From positions 107,260,001 to 107,324,000 of the forward strand of contig OZ024741.1 of NCBI GenBank assembly GCA_964016885.1: a stretch of 64,000 nucleotides of DNA, read 5' to 3'. Both the position numbers and the translations under genes were made by a program. Shown here one piece after another: positions 30,393 through 44,357 of the stretch (position 1 is its first letter; each line of letters opens with the position of its first letter). Under the pieces are notes generated by a model, which had not been told where the DNA came from, ran no database searches, and saw nothing but the letters and a program-made list of their open reading frames with translations. This DNA comes from Eledone cirrhosa. Taxonomy: Eukaryota.

Positions 30393-31700
30393 TTTGGACT
30401 ACTTGGATGGACGCTAGATGAGATCAGAGCCATTCATGTTTAAAACTCGAAAGGAGAGTGATTAACTGACACTGGGAAATTCCATAAAAACGGTGACCGA
30501 TTCTATTTAAAACGTAAACAGGGAGGCAGATGCAATCCAGACAGCATTTGAGTGTTGCATCATATCCTTCTGACAATATGTCCGAACCACCAAGTGTAGA
30601 AGCCCAGCCAAAGAAAAAAGTATGTCTACATACGGCAGATAACATCATGAAAGTTTGGAAGGAGCTGCTTCAGAACTTCTACCTGCATTATAACCCAAAA
30701 CTCATACCCAGAGGAATTGAACAGCAATACTGTAATGAATCCTTGGATGAAAAACTGCATGGATTAAAATATCATGCATGACTATGTTGCCAGAAAGCTT
30801 CAAAGTGAGAGTAATATAGATGAGCAAAGAATTGTTCTTTTTTTTTTTTTTTGACGAACAACCGGTATATTGACTCTCACTTTAAAGGATATACTTTTGC
30901 CACCCAAGAACAGGAAATAACGAAATACCTAATGCATAAAATAGATATAATACTGATAACACTCTTGGATGTGACAGTAGATGTAGATTCTGTGGAATAA
31001 ATATAGAGAATGCTTTCCATATCACGAACAGTTCTCCAAAGATGTCATCACAATACTATTTGCCAATGAAACATGATGTAGTGACCAAAGACACTATTCA
31101 ATGCAATCCGTCGAAAGGATAGTCTTGAAAATAAAAAAAATATAAAACGTGCTGTGATATCGAGAGAAGATTTATACATAATATGAAAGAATGTTGTTTT
31201 AATGTTCCAGTCAAATCCCCAATAAAATTCAAACGTAACGACAAACTGACATGGTAGAGAGAAAACAAGGAGTGCACAAGAGTGGAAAACAGCTGCCCAG
31301 CAGATAACAACATAAGGCTAAAGAGTAGCAAAATGCAAAACATTTATGCTGAGCTAATGAGCAATATGTTATACTTTTACCTGTGATCATATGAGCTCTG
31401 CGATATGTTACTAAATGCGTTAGTATAAATATTAAGAAGATGAGCTATAAAGAACCAGGAAGAGCACGGCTAGTTGGGAAGATGCACGTACAGTCCATTA
31501 ATAGAACTGTAAACATATGTAAAACATGTATAGATACAGAGACATGTTTGCGTACACATATAACTCAAAACATACAGATTCACATATGCAATAACATCCA
31601 GACATGGACACACGTACATACATACATATTTACCTAATTGATGTTGTCTAAATTCCAAGGAAAGAGTCTTGTTTCTATGTTTGAATATCTGTAAAATAAT

Positions 31701-31885
31701 TGTTTCTACTTTAGGCACAAGGCCAGCAATTACCCAGTGTATTACTGGTACTTTATTTTATCTACCCCGTAAGGATGAAAGGCAAAGTCAACCTCGGCGG
31801 AAACTGAACTCAGATCGTAAAGGGACGTAACTATGCTGGAAAGCATGGCGTCCGACCCTCCACCGATACTGCCAATCCACCGCCC
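31701..31885 (-). mobile_element. SINE family A copy with 18-bp TSD
   Basis: GAATATCTGTAAAATAAT at 31683-31700 and 31886-31903. Confidence 0.92.
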
Positions 31886-32492
31886 GAATATCTGTAAAAT
31901 AATAAAACCAGGAGAGCATGTATACACTTATAAACACACACACACACGTACACACATACATACACACACACACGTGCACACACACACGTGCACACACACA
32001 CATATATGTGTGTTTATGTATGTATATGTGTATAAATATATATGCGCGTAGGTGTACATACATATATGCAATAGATGCCATTTAATTGACAGATTGCTTC
32101 ATCGCTAAATTAAGAAATAAAGATATTTGTTGATTTAGACAAGTCATTGAGATGAGATTAATAATATGACCACTAGCTGTTAACTAGAACAATTAGTGCT
32201 GGATGAGCCGCACGTGCAACGTGTAATGAAAACCATTACTGTATAAGCTAGGATAACCATATTTGGATTTAAATATTGAATATTTATAATATCCTCTTCG
32301 ACAGCTATAAAATGGCGCTTCTTTCAGTTTATGTCTCTCATTTTCTCACTATCGTGTACATAACTATCTCTTTGTTTATGTGTCTGAATGTTTTTATCAC
32401 TATCTATGCATGTGTCTGTGTGTCTGTGTCTTTGTGTGTCTTTGTGTATGTGTGTGTGACTGTAAGTTTCTCTATCTCTGTGTAAGTGTGTG

Positions 32493-32652
<160 letters not shown>

Positions 32653-34018
32653 TGTGTGTGTGTGTATCATTCTCCTCTAAAGAAAGTAGCTGTAATTAGG
32701 ATGAGTGATTGAAAGGTGTGGGGCGTGGTTAATTTGCAACAATTTGAGACCAAGCTGGGAAGGAGCTGATGCATTATAGCGTCGGTTGAAGTATCTTTGC
32801 CCAATGTCTTCCATCTCCTTGCATTCAGAGTTCAAATATGCTGAGGTCAACTTCGCATTTCTTCGTTCTGAGACCGATTAATGAAATAGCAGACTAGGTC
32901 GGTGAACGAGCGGAATGGTTATAGCGTCCACGTGGATGGTAGACTTAATCTGTCTCTCTGGCCGTTGGATAAGTTAAAGGGTGTCGACTCTGTTACAAGC
33001 ATCGAGTCATGTCACCAGTTGGAGATTATAATCCTTCTGCTAATCCACCATTCTCAAAGCTCCTGAAAACGCTCAACGCCACTGCAATACGTCTTGAATA
33101 AGCGACAAAAAGCCCACGTGAATATTCTTCACAAATGTTTTGACGCAATGTGCTGTAATAATCATTTTTCTAATTATTAAGTTCTACACCAGCCCCCATT
33201 AAGCAGATATATAACTAAAAATATTACTTCCATGAACGTATTTGATTTCAGATGTGTAAAAAGGGCGATATTATTAAACATGTATCTCCTAATTTTGTTT
33301 AAAGAGTGTATGATATAAAGGCGGGTTGAGGCTTTTCATATCAAATCTTAGTGAATACACCGTTGGCTGATACGATTGTCGTTGTTTGTCGCTAGGCCAA
33401 CCCTGAGTAAACGGACCAATGTTCAAATGGCGTTGCATGTATTATCACCATCCTGGTATTTTGGAAATCATAAACGACATTATCGAATGCGTTCGGTATG
33501 TCTTTAAAGACAGTTGAAGGAATTATTAGGCAGCGAATTGCCAGTCATTCAGGCATCGCATCGATTGCCTCGATGCATTCGTTCACGAAATGTGAACGAA
33601 ATTTGCTCTAAATAATGTTTAAAATGGTGCTATGTAGACTCCCCATTTGTATTTGTCCGCTTCTTTTGTGCCCTTGTGGCTAATAAAGAAATTTATCTAT
33701 CTCTGGGATGGACACATGTGTTCGGTAAGTTTTGTTTAAATTTCTTTAGAAATTCGTCATTGTGAACTTTTATTTTTATACCAATTTGTAGAGGGACTGA
33801 CATGTCAAATTTTGATCTGGTCAATCTCCCAAAATATCGTGCCCCTTAAGGCATAAACATCCAAAATATTTTCGAAAATTTTTTTTGCAAAACACTTCAA
33901 TTTAAAAAAAAATAGCTGAAGCAAAGGCACCTACTTTTTTATCAAAAAAAAGATGGGAAGGGAAAGCCTTGTCTACTTGACCAGCAGGTAGTAGCAGACG
34001 TGGACAAAGGAATGCCAG

Positions 34019-34201
34019 GATTGGCAGTATCGGTAGAGGGTCGGATGCCATGCTTTGAAGCATAGAGTTACCTCCCTTTATGATCTGAGTTCAAATCCCG
34101 CCGAGGTTAACTTTGCCTTTCATCCTTACGGGGTCGATAAAATAAAGTACCAGTCATGCTCTGGGTAATTGCTGGCCTTGTGCCAAAAGTAGAAACAATT
34201 A
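34019..34201 (+). mobile_element. SINE family A copy
   Basis: Matches family A. Confidence 0.9.
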
Positions 34202-34204
34202 TCG

Positions 34205-37200
34205 CCTCAACATTTAGAAGAGGAACAAGCTGCTTGTATGCAACTGAAAACGCCTGACGACACAAACGTCACATGTATCCACACACAGAAGGAAATATGT
34301 GTAGCAAACACTAATACCACCACAACCAACAACAACAACAACACAATAAATGAGAACAACAACAACACAACAAAAGGAATCAGTGGGAACACAACGAATG
34401 AGACCATCATCACCACCAACAACAACAATAACAACATTTCATTTGCAGCAACAGGATTTTAAATACTTGTTTCTACTTTAGGCACAAGGCCAGCAAATAC
34501 CCAGTGCATTACTGGTACTTTATTTTATCGACCCCGAAGGATGAAAGGCAAAGTCAACCTCGGCGGGATTTGAACTCAGATCGTAAAGGGACGTAACTAT
34601 GCTTGAAAGCATGGCGTCCGACCCTCTACCGATACTGCCAATCCACCGCCAGGATTTTAAATACTACTCCAAGGACATTTCCCAAAAGTCCCAATATTTG
34701 GAAGAAGCTTCCAACTATGTGACGTTTGAGGGAAACACCCCACACATACACATACCCCCACAAGTAAGAGAAATGACACAGAAAAAGAAGCTAATTTATA
34801 GAACAGTTGACATCACTACCAAAAAACCCATTGCTCCCAACAAGCACTATCGAAGCTGCATTAAAAGACATCAAGCCAGACGTGGCATACCTCCAAAGAG
34901 GTAAACAGTATGGAAGTGTGTCAGTGCTCTTTAAGAGCGAAACTCTGGCACAAAAACACTCGGTTCACCCAATAAAAACGGATCAACACATTTTCTTCCC
35001 CACATACATGGGAAGAAGTTCCTACAAAATAAAAATAACCAGGATCACAGCAGAGGTCAACATATGGTGGATCCTACGCTGCATCCTGAAGAAGGATGGG
35101 GACACCCTCCTATCTGTAGACAGGACAGTCCGGCATAACTGGTTTGGAACCTGCATCGAGGTTCTGGTACAAATGAGGCCAGAGAGAGTTGATAAAATAC
35201 CGGACAGGATCGTCCTTGAGGAAAATGTCATCTCCATTTTAGTGGAGGAGAAAATACCTCAGTGCCATAAGTGTGGGAAAACCACACACTTAAAGGCCTT
35301 TTGCCCTATCTTAAACAAACCGAGGACAAACAAGGTGTTATTACCAACACCAAAACCCCAACATCAACACTCCAAACCAAACACAACACAAACACCTGCA
35401 ACATCCACTCCCACACCCCATAGACCAGAGACAGCCACACACACAAAATCCCATTGAAAAACCCTCCATTGCCTCTTCCCCCCTGTCAAATACTTCCACA
35501 AACACCTGCACAAACACTCCACCAGACAACATACCCCTCCCATCTACCCCTGATTCAGAAGTCTCAGATATGGGAACCTCTACATCTCCAAGTGAGAATG
35601 AAGAGCAACCCCAAAAATCCAAAAAACAAAAAAGACACAAAAACATCTACAGAAAACACGCACACACCCAACCCCACCATAAACACACCGCCACAAACGA
35701 CAACCACACCAACAACACAATCACCGCCAACACAACCAAACACTTCACCAACAAAACAAACACCAACACCACCACAATCACAAACCCCAACCACAAAAAG
35801 AAAACTACAAACAGAAACAGTACACATAAAAAACAAAACACACTACACATACATAAAAACAAGAAACAAAGAACTGGTGGAAACTGTCCGAAAGGACCCC
35901 ACAATACAAACGGAAGGGAAAACCTTCCCCACCAACGACCCACCCCAAACCTCAAACTTATCATGGTAACAACCCTACAGTATGAAACTTTAAAAGATAA
36001 CTTCCCACATGATGTGGGCCCCCTTGCCCATTAACCGTGTCCTGCTAAAAGGATTCTCTCCCTCCCCAAACACCACCAATCTGGACATGGAGATCGAACA
36101 ACCCGACCTCCAAGAAACTAAAAGGTAAGTGTTCCTGCCTTTTCTCTCCTTAACTCTTCTTCACCAACATGGCGACTATACAAGCTGGATGTTTGAATGT
36201 ACGTGGCCTGGGCATGTCATGGAAACAGGGCCAGCTTTTAAATGATCTCAGGTCACATTGTATCGATGTGATAGCCATCACCGAGTCCAGAATTCACGAC
36301 AAGCAGCAGCTAACCCCCATGTTCGATGATCTTGAGATCTACGCATATCTCTGTCAGCCAGGAGGTGGTGGGGGAGTTGCTGTTCTGTTTCGAAAGAACT
36401 TGGATCTCAAAATACAAACGATTCATTTGGACCCGGAGTGCAGCCTTGTGATCCTGGACGTGAATGGTCGTGAAGGTGGAGCTTTCAGACTGGTGGCCGT
36501 ATATGCCTCGACTGGGACATCGCGACCAGAGTTCTTCAAGCGTCGGAACCATTCTTGGGAACGTCTCGCTCCTTAGTGTTAGCGGGGGACTGGAATGGCA
36601 TCTTAGACGGAGCTTGTGATAATAGAGGTGGGTGTAATAGCCTCAAAAATCTCATCAGCCAATTCCAACTGGCTGATAGATATCGACTAGACTTCCCAAG
36701 TGCACCACTGTGGACGTGGAGCAACCGCACTGGGTCTTCTAGATCGTATTTAGATAGATTTTTAATTAGACAGAATAATAAGGAAACATTAAGCTGTCCA
36801 CAAATGCACATGGCTGCCTATTCAGACCATAAATTAGTCACCTGCGTAGTCAACCTTGATAGAACACATAGACAGGGACCCGGATACTGGAAGCTAAACA
36901 TGTCGCTCCCCGCGCTTAAGGCCTACAGTAAACGGATTAGCACCTTAGTTAAGTGCCAGTTGACGGGAGCGATCGTCAACAACAGGTGGTGGAGCTCTCT
37001 CAAGAGAGCAATTAGAATAGAATCGATAGCATTTAGCAAGGAAGTAGCTTTAGAAAAAAACAAAACTGAAAAGGAACTGGTAGCTAAAATAGAAGAGGCA
37101 CTTAGGAATGGCAGTACAGCTGACGTGCTAGCGGCGAGAACGGCACTAGACCAGTTCTTCAACGTGAAACACGAAGGTTGTATTGTCAGAAGTAGAACAC

Positions 37201-39622
37201 GTGCTCGTGTTGTCTTGTCAGAAGTAGAACACGAGGGAGCCAAAGCTGTTAGCTGGGCCCGAGTGGTAGAGGCGAAAAGTGGCAACAAATCCACAATTCG
37301 GTCTTTGCAAGACAAAGATGGACGCATTATACTTGAATCAAAGCAGATGTGTGCGGCCTTCCAGCAACATCTTGCATAACTGTTCGGGCAAAGCGGTACA
37401 TCGAGCGAGGTGATGGACTTCAGCTCCTAACTCGACGGCGTACCGCGACTCTCGAGCACGGATGCGGGCAGCTGCGAAATCACAGCGGGCGAAATAGAAG
37501 ATGCCCTAGGCCGCTGCTGGAAGCGCAAATCATCCGGTTTAAATGGTCTACCCTGTGAGTTTTACATAGGCATGCCAGACTTGTTCTCTGGCGTCCTCGA
37601 AGCGGTCTACTGCAACTGGCAGCAGAACGGGAGGATTCCCAGTTCTGTAGGCAGAGGCGTAGTAACGCTGATCAGGAAAGATGAGACAAGGGGGAATGAG
37701 ATAAGCAATTTCAGGCCCATAACTGCTCAACACAGAGTTAAAGATTTTGGCCAAGGTGTTAGCAGCAAGGCTGGCACTTGTCGTCGAGAACCTGGTAGGG
37801 GAAGCCCAAACGTGTGCAATCCCGACCAGGTCCATACACGACAACCTCCACCTCATGCGATACATCATAGAGAGTGTATGGTGTAAACTAGGCTTTGGTG
37901 GGGCTCTGATCAATTTAGATCTGTCTAAGGTATTTGATAGGGTCGACCATCAATACTTGGAAGCACTTCCCGTCTTCAGAGGCTGGATCGCTGCCATGCA
38001 CACCAGCATCTGCTCGGCAGTCAAGGTGAATGGCTACCTATCAGAGCCATTCCAAATCATGCGTTCCATCCGCCAGGGATGCCCTCTCTCCTCCATTCTG
38101 TATGTACTGACTCTCGAGCCGTTACTGCAGAAATTGGAGCTGTTGCAGGGCATCCCGATCGAACCAGGTCTGCGGAAATCAGCGTCAGCCTATGCCGACG
38201 ACTTAACCGTAATGGTGTCGAAAACCTCGGAAATCAGGGTACTCGGCAACCTATTACAGGAATACGAAACGTTTACAGGGGCAAGAGTAAACCCAAACCA
38301 GTCTATCAGTTTGCAACTCGACACATGGAGAGGCAAATGCATATCTTCCGACAGTGTCGTTGGACGCTGGACTGAAGGACTGGTGAAATTGCTCGGGGTC
38401 TGGTTCGGTCTAGACCTCCAGGTGGACAAGAACTGGAACGAGGTCACGGCGAAGGTGTTTGCACTCACCCAGAAGTGGGCTGAGTGCAAACTCTCCTTGA
38501 AAGGTCGAGCGGAGGTGGCGAACACTTACATAGCGTCCGTCATCTACTACCGCTTGACATTCGTGCCTTGCCCCCGCGAATAATTTACCAAAATGGAACG
38601 CCTACTCTTCAAGTTCCTCTGGAAGAAACAGGCTCCATTGGTGAGGAGATCCATCTGCTGTCAGCACCCTTCTAACGGAGGGCTGGGCAGGCCGTGGCTG
38701 ATGATGCGCAAACATGCGCTGAGATTACTCCATCTCCAGGTATTCCTGACCGGTTAACCGGTGTGGCTGTCGTTTGTGAGACAAGCTCTTCCACAACTCG
38801 TCTCACTAACAGAGCTGCAGTCCTGGGTCAAGCGAAGACCGAAAATGGGTGCCTGGCACCTCGAGTGCTTACAGGCGCTCACAGCGAGGAGCTCTACCAG
38901 TTCGAGACAAAATCTACAGGCACGGACGCCCTGGCAGAGATCCTGCCAAAAGGACCTGTCCAAGATGCGAGCAGGACATCGAAACCGTTCTGCACGCAAT
39001 TGTTCAGTGCCAAGGGGTGACCAACCTGTGGAATTATGTCGAACAGCTGCTGTCACGTGTGAGACGCATCCAGTTGTCAGCCGAGTCCATCGTGAGGATC
39101 ACCCCGTCGCCTTCATTTAAGAACGAAGGACAGGTAGTTTTCCTCTGTCTGGTGGCTATGGCGAAAGAAATAATATGGTGGACGGTGTTAAAAGGACTGA
39201 GGGCAAACACCTTTCTCTCCGGATAACAACTTATCCCCTTCTTTAACTATCACTTCAGAAGGAAGGTAAGAGTGGAGAGAGAGGTGCTACACCCCAGTAA
39301 ATTCGCTGAAAGTGGGTGAATGTGGCAAAAATGGCCCGAGTGAATGAGCCTTCTCTGTATATAAACCTGTAGGTTGAGGAAGATAAACAGAGGGAAGACT
39401 GGAACACCTACAAAACGTGTTCCTGGTGTTGAGGGTTGTTCTATCCACGGGTGTAAAGCAACTCTGCAGTAACGATCTCCCCTACTGGGGATTTCAATTG
39501 TTATTTTATTATATATAGTTTATTGTTATTTATTAATATTAATGTTATTTTAATGTAAAACCCCCGCCGTCACATCTTGTAATGTCCCATTTATGTACGC
39601 CCCTGTGGTAAATAAAGAAAGA
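34205..39622 (+). mobile_element. Near full-length but defective Tx1/L1-clade LINE (ORF1 with zinc knuckle, ORF2 APE endonuclease plus RT), (TCTA)n tail at 39623-39681
   Basis: ORF1 remnant has CHKCGKTTHLKAFC. ORF2 starts at 36169 (MATIQAGCLNVRGL, AITESR, LAGDWN, SRSYLDRF, YSDHKLV, WKLN) and continues with LDLSKVFDRVDH, IRQGCPLS, SAYADDL and CPRC...ETVLHAIVQC. It has stops, frameshifts and an internal deletion near 38900. The 5' boundary is approximate. Confidence 0.9.
34468..34649 (-). mobile_element. SINE family A nested in the Tx1 ORF1 region, 16-bp TSD
   Basis: CAGGATTTTAAATACT at 34452-34467 and 34650-34665. Confidence 0.93.
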
Positions 39623-39681
<59 letters not shown>

Positions 39682-39987
39682 TTACCAATCTGTGTATCTG
39701 TCTTGTGGGATTCATAAATAAAGGACGAGTCGAGTACTTGCGTAGATTCTTCGCTTTGACATAATTCTGTCTCTGACTTTCGTTTTTCCTTGGGAAGATT
39801 CGTTTTTAGTCAAATAAGGGCTGTATGAATGTCGAGATAGATTTAGCTGCTACATATGCCGATCAAATGAACAGGTAAAGGATATCCCTTTGGCTTGTAC
39901 ACTAGTTTGCTCATCAGAAGTAAAAATCTGTTGAGACAAAAATTAAGGTTTACAATACTAAAGAAGGACATGTTACACCCCCCCCCC

Positions 39988-40074
<87 letters not shown>

Positions 40075-40281
40075 GTACATAGAAGTAAACAAGAAAGAAG
40101 TCAATATTGCATCATAAATGAACTTTATCCGTATCAATCAGCTCAGGTTAGGATCACAATAGCCGGGGCCCGAAAGGGTACAGGAATATAAACCACAAAC
40201 AGGACGGAGCCTCGTAACAGCACTGAGTACTTTCTTTGGTGAAACCTCTGTAACTATAGTTACACTAATACCTACTATATA

Positions 40282-40340
<59 letters not shown>

Positions 40341-40343
40341 ATC

Positions 40344-40382
<39 letters not shown>

Positions 40383-40383
40383 T

Positions 40384-40435
<52 letters not shown>

Positions 40436-40464
40436 CACACACATATATACATATATATATATAT

Positions 40465-40572
40465 AGGTAAACAGAAATAACAACACAATCGGTACAGTAT
40501 ATGAAAGAGATATATTAGGTTAACGCTTGATATAGCAGGAAGAGGCTCTCATCGTTTCGGACGCTAGTCCTT

Positions 40573-40574
<2 letters not shown>
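40465..40574 (-). mobile_element. Truncated copy of the hammerhead-bearing (Penelope pLTR-like) repeat
   Basis: Homologous to 44183-44290 and 56900-57006. It is cut by (TA)n inside the CTGATGA core. Confidence 0.75.
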
Positions 40575-40635
<61 letters not shown>

Positions 40636-40693
40636 AACAAATGGAAACTATATTTATAAATTTTTACTCCAAACATTTGTTGAGTGTTTTATA

Positions 40694-40723
<30 letters not shown>

Positions 40724-40725
<2 letters not shown>

Positions 40726-40907
40726 TGTTTCTACTTTTGGCACAAGGCCAGCAATTACCCAGTACATTACTCGTACTTTATTTTATCGACCCCGTAAGGA
40801 TGAACGGCAAAGTTAACCTCAGCGGGATTTGAACTCAGATCGTAAAAGGACGTAACTCGTTGCGTCAAAGCATGGCGTCCGACCCTCTACTGATACTGCA
40901 AATCCAC
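40724..40907 (-). mobile_element. SINE family A copy
   Basis: Reverse complement of family A with an (AAT)n tail at 40710-40724. Confidence 0.9.
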
Positions 40908-41052
40908 GTGCATACATATACATATATATATAAACATATATTTTTTCACAAGTATGCGAGATTGTGTGTTGTCGACCTTAACCAGTGTTGCTCTATGATT
41001 ATGAGAGACAAGATAATCGAAATAATTAAGTTGACTCAATATCAGAGCTAGG

Positions 41053-41544
41053 TAACATATTATAAAGTAAGAAGAAATAATTGTTTCTACTTTTGGCATA
41101 AGGCCAGAGTAAGAAGAAATAATAGACACAGAATTATACCTATTTTTTCTTCAATATCCCGACTGTACAGTTTCGCTGGTTACTATGCAAAAATCTTATA
41201 TCATAGAGATGTAACATTGTGAGCCTCTATATCATATCAATATCGCCCTCCGCCTTTTGAGATATTTTTCACTACTACAAGGGATTTAGCCCCCTTTCTT
41301 GACCGGTGTATCACGTGACAGTGTCTCCCTCCACCTTTTTGAGATTCTCTCGCATGCTACGGACGTGTCTAGTTAACGCTCTTTCCCTGAGATGGTCCCT
41401 TGAAAATCTGGCCTACCTCACAACAATGTTATATCTCTATGATATAAGATTTTTGCATAGTAACCAGCGAAACTGTACAGTAGGCTTATTGAAGAAAAAA
41501 ATAGGTATATATCTGTGTCTATTATTTCTTCTTACTTTATAATG

Positions 41545-41548
<4 letters not shown>
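41053..41548. mobile_element. MITE-like fold-back with ~140-bp imperfect terminal inverted repeats
   Basis: 41053-41224 (minus the SINE stub) is the reverse complement of 41416-41548, e.g. ACTGTACAGTTTCGCTGGTTACTATGCAAAAATCTTATATCATAGAGAT. Confidence 0.75.
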
Positions 41549-41593
<45 letters not shown>

Positions 41594-41608
41594 TAGATAG
41601 ATAGATAC

Positions 41609-41643
<35 letters not shown>

Positions 41644-41833
41644 TAATGTGTGATTTATTGAGAATGGTGCTTACATAACTTTCGGAGATGACTAATTTCG
41701 AATCTATACAGGCATGGACATTCAAATATTATGATAAATATACACAGTGGCACTTTCACGTATAGTGATACATTCACATAAAGTGCCACGTATTCATATA
41801 ACCAGATATTTCAAATATTATATATATATATAC

Positions 41834-41934
<101 letters not shown>

Positions 41935-42332
41935 CCACATACCACAATAATTCTACAAAAACCCCCCAAAAACGGTCGTCAGCATCACCATGAACACTCT
42001 CATCATGACCACCACCACGACCACAAACATCACAGTCGATATTGTATCTTATAGTCAACAGAAATCCAATCTGTTTTCTATCGAGTCCCTCTGATATATC
42101 GGTCTGTTGTTCTGTGGGCATTTATCAGAAATACATATTTTTAGTTGACATTTTCATCACTCACATAATAGAACATCTCGTAAGAAAATCATGGAGACAA
42201 ATACAAATATACAAATTGGCTAACGTATGTCTAAATTTACAGACCGAAACATATTAATATATATAAATACACATACAATCATACACATATTATATATCGA
42301 TATATATGTATATATATATACGTGTGTGTGTG

Positions 42333-42412
<80 letters not shown>

Positions 42413-42468
42413 CGTGCGTGTGTGTGTGCGTGTGTGTGTGTGTGTGTATATTTATATATATGTATATG

Positions 42469-42534
<66 letters not shown>

Positions 42535-42729
42535 CATGTGTGTGTGCGTGCGTGTATATACTCTTTTACTCTCTTACCTGTTCCAGCCATCCGGCTGAGG
42601 CTATGCTGGGGCATCGCCCTTGCAATATATATATATATACAATTTTTACTCCACTAACTTGTTGAGTGCTTTATAACAGTTATAAAAATGTTTAAGCTTG
42701 TTGAATCCCAACAAATTAAATATAACCTC

Positions 42730-42802
<73 letters not shown>

Positions 42803-43421
42803 GATCATGTATATAATTAGCAAGATGTGAATTCATGTATATATTTTGCAAGATGAGAAATCATGTGTTGAAACAGATATTGATATATTTTAGGATGGTC
42901 ATATTTCGAGTTTTGCCAATTGTCAGAATGATGGGATAGCGTAAACAGAATAAGACCAGAAAGAATCGGAGACACAGAGTAGAACAAATAGTCGTCTAGC
43001 GAGCGTTAAACTAATATATTTATCCATTGTACTGTGTTGTTTGCCTTGGTATTTCCATTTTCTTTGTGCATATACATGCATACATAATCGAAGACATGAT
43101 GATGGCTGCAACTTGATTTCGAGTTATGCCGTCACTTGATACTTCAGCATGAGCATCACGGACATGGCTATTGAGTCCTGCTAGGGACTTGCTTATGGCC
43201 AGCATTGCTATGCATCGCAAAAAATGTCACATATCAAGCGATGCCTTTGCTTGAAGCTTTTTTAAGTGAAGAAAGTCTTTGCATGGGGACAATCCGACTC
43301 TCTGAACATCGAATGCATTTGCCCAAAAGTAGAACTGGTCTCCATCATTGGATGCAAAAGAAGTCACACGTTTTATAGCAGAGTGAGCTTCTCATAGAGA
43401 GATGTCTTAATGAAGATATAC

Positions 43422-43520
<99 letters not shown>

Positions 43521-44026
43521 CCTATATATATATATATATATTTATATAATAATATATGTTATAAATGTACATATATACATACACCTATATATAGAAACAT
43601 TTATGTTCATTTATAGATATATGTCCGTACATACGTACGTACGTACGTACGTATGTATGTATATATGTATGTATGCATGTATGTATGTATAAATCTCATA
43701 TATACAGAAATATAGAGAGACAACTTGAAACGGCACACAAACACACATGCACCTGTAAAAACGATGGTGAATAGTTTTGATCGACTTTGAAGCGATGTTG
43801 GGGCGCAAGTGTGCCTGTAGTTTATAGGGTTTATCTGGTTTTTACTATATTTACTAATTAGTGGTACGTCGTATTATATCGTTTTCTCTACAAAATGTTT
43901 GGTTAATTCTCTTCATCATAACCACAAAAAATACGTGTAGAAATAGGCTCACTGTATACATTTTTCTCTTTGTTGATACACATACACACATATTTATGTA
44001 GGTATATATAAATACCAAACAAACAA

Positions 44027-44113
<87 letters not shown>

Positions 44114-44130
44114 CATACATATATATATAT

Positions 44131-44293
44131 TCTTACCCGCCCGTCCCCTCAAACTATTTTATTTCTCATTCTTTCTTCTGATGAAGGACTAGCTTCCGAA
44201 ACGTTAAGACCCTCTTTCTGCTATATCAAGCGTTAACCTAATATATACCTTTCATATACTGTACTGATTGTGTTGTTATTTCTGTTTACCTTT

Positions 44294-44295
<2 letters not shown>
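44131..44295 (+). mobile_element. Short repeat in (TA)n carrying a hammerhead motif, probable Penelope-like pLTR remnant
   Basis: Three copies in the window (44131+, 56885-, 40465-), all embedded in TA microsatellite. Confidence 0.7.
44174..44209 (+). ncRNA. Minimal type I hammerhead ribozyme motif
   Basis: TCTT-CTGATGA-A-GGA ctagct TCC-GAAAC-GTT-AAGA: stem I TCTT/AAGA, core CUGAUGA and GAAA, stem II GGA/TCC, and a loopless palindromic stem III (AACGTT). Confidence 0.65.

Positions 44296-44357
<62 letters not shown>

Noticed and set aside
30430-31400. Possible decayed hAT transposase (IDSHFK resembling LDPRFK) with a small hairpin at 30802-30883
   Set aside because: A single weak motif with no termini found. 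Not supportable without a profile search.
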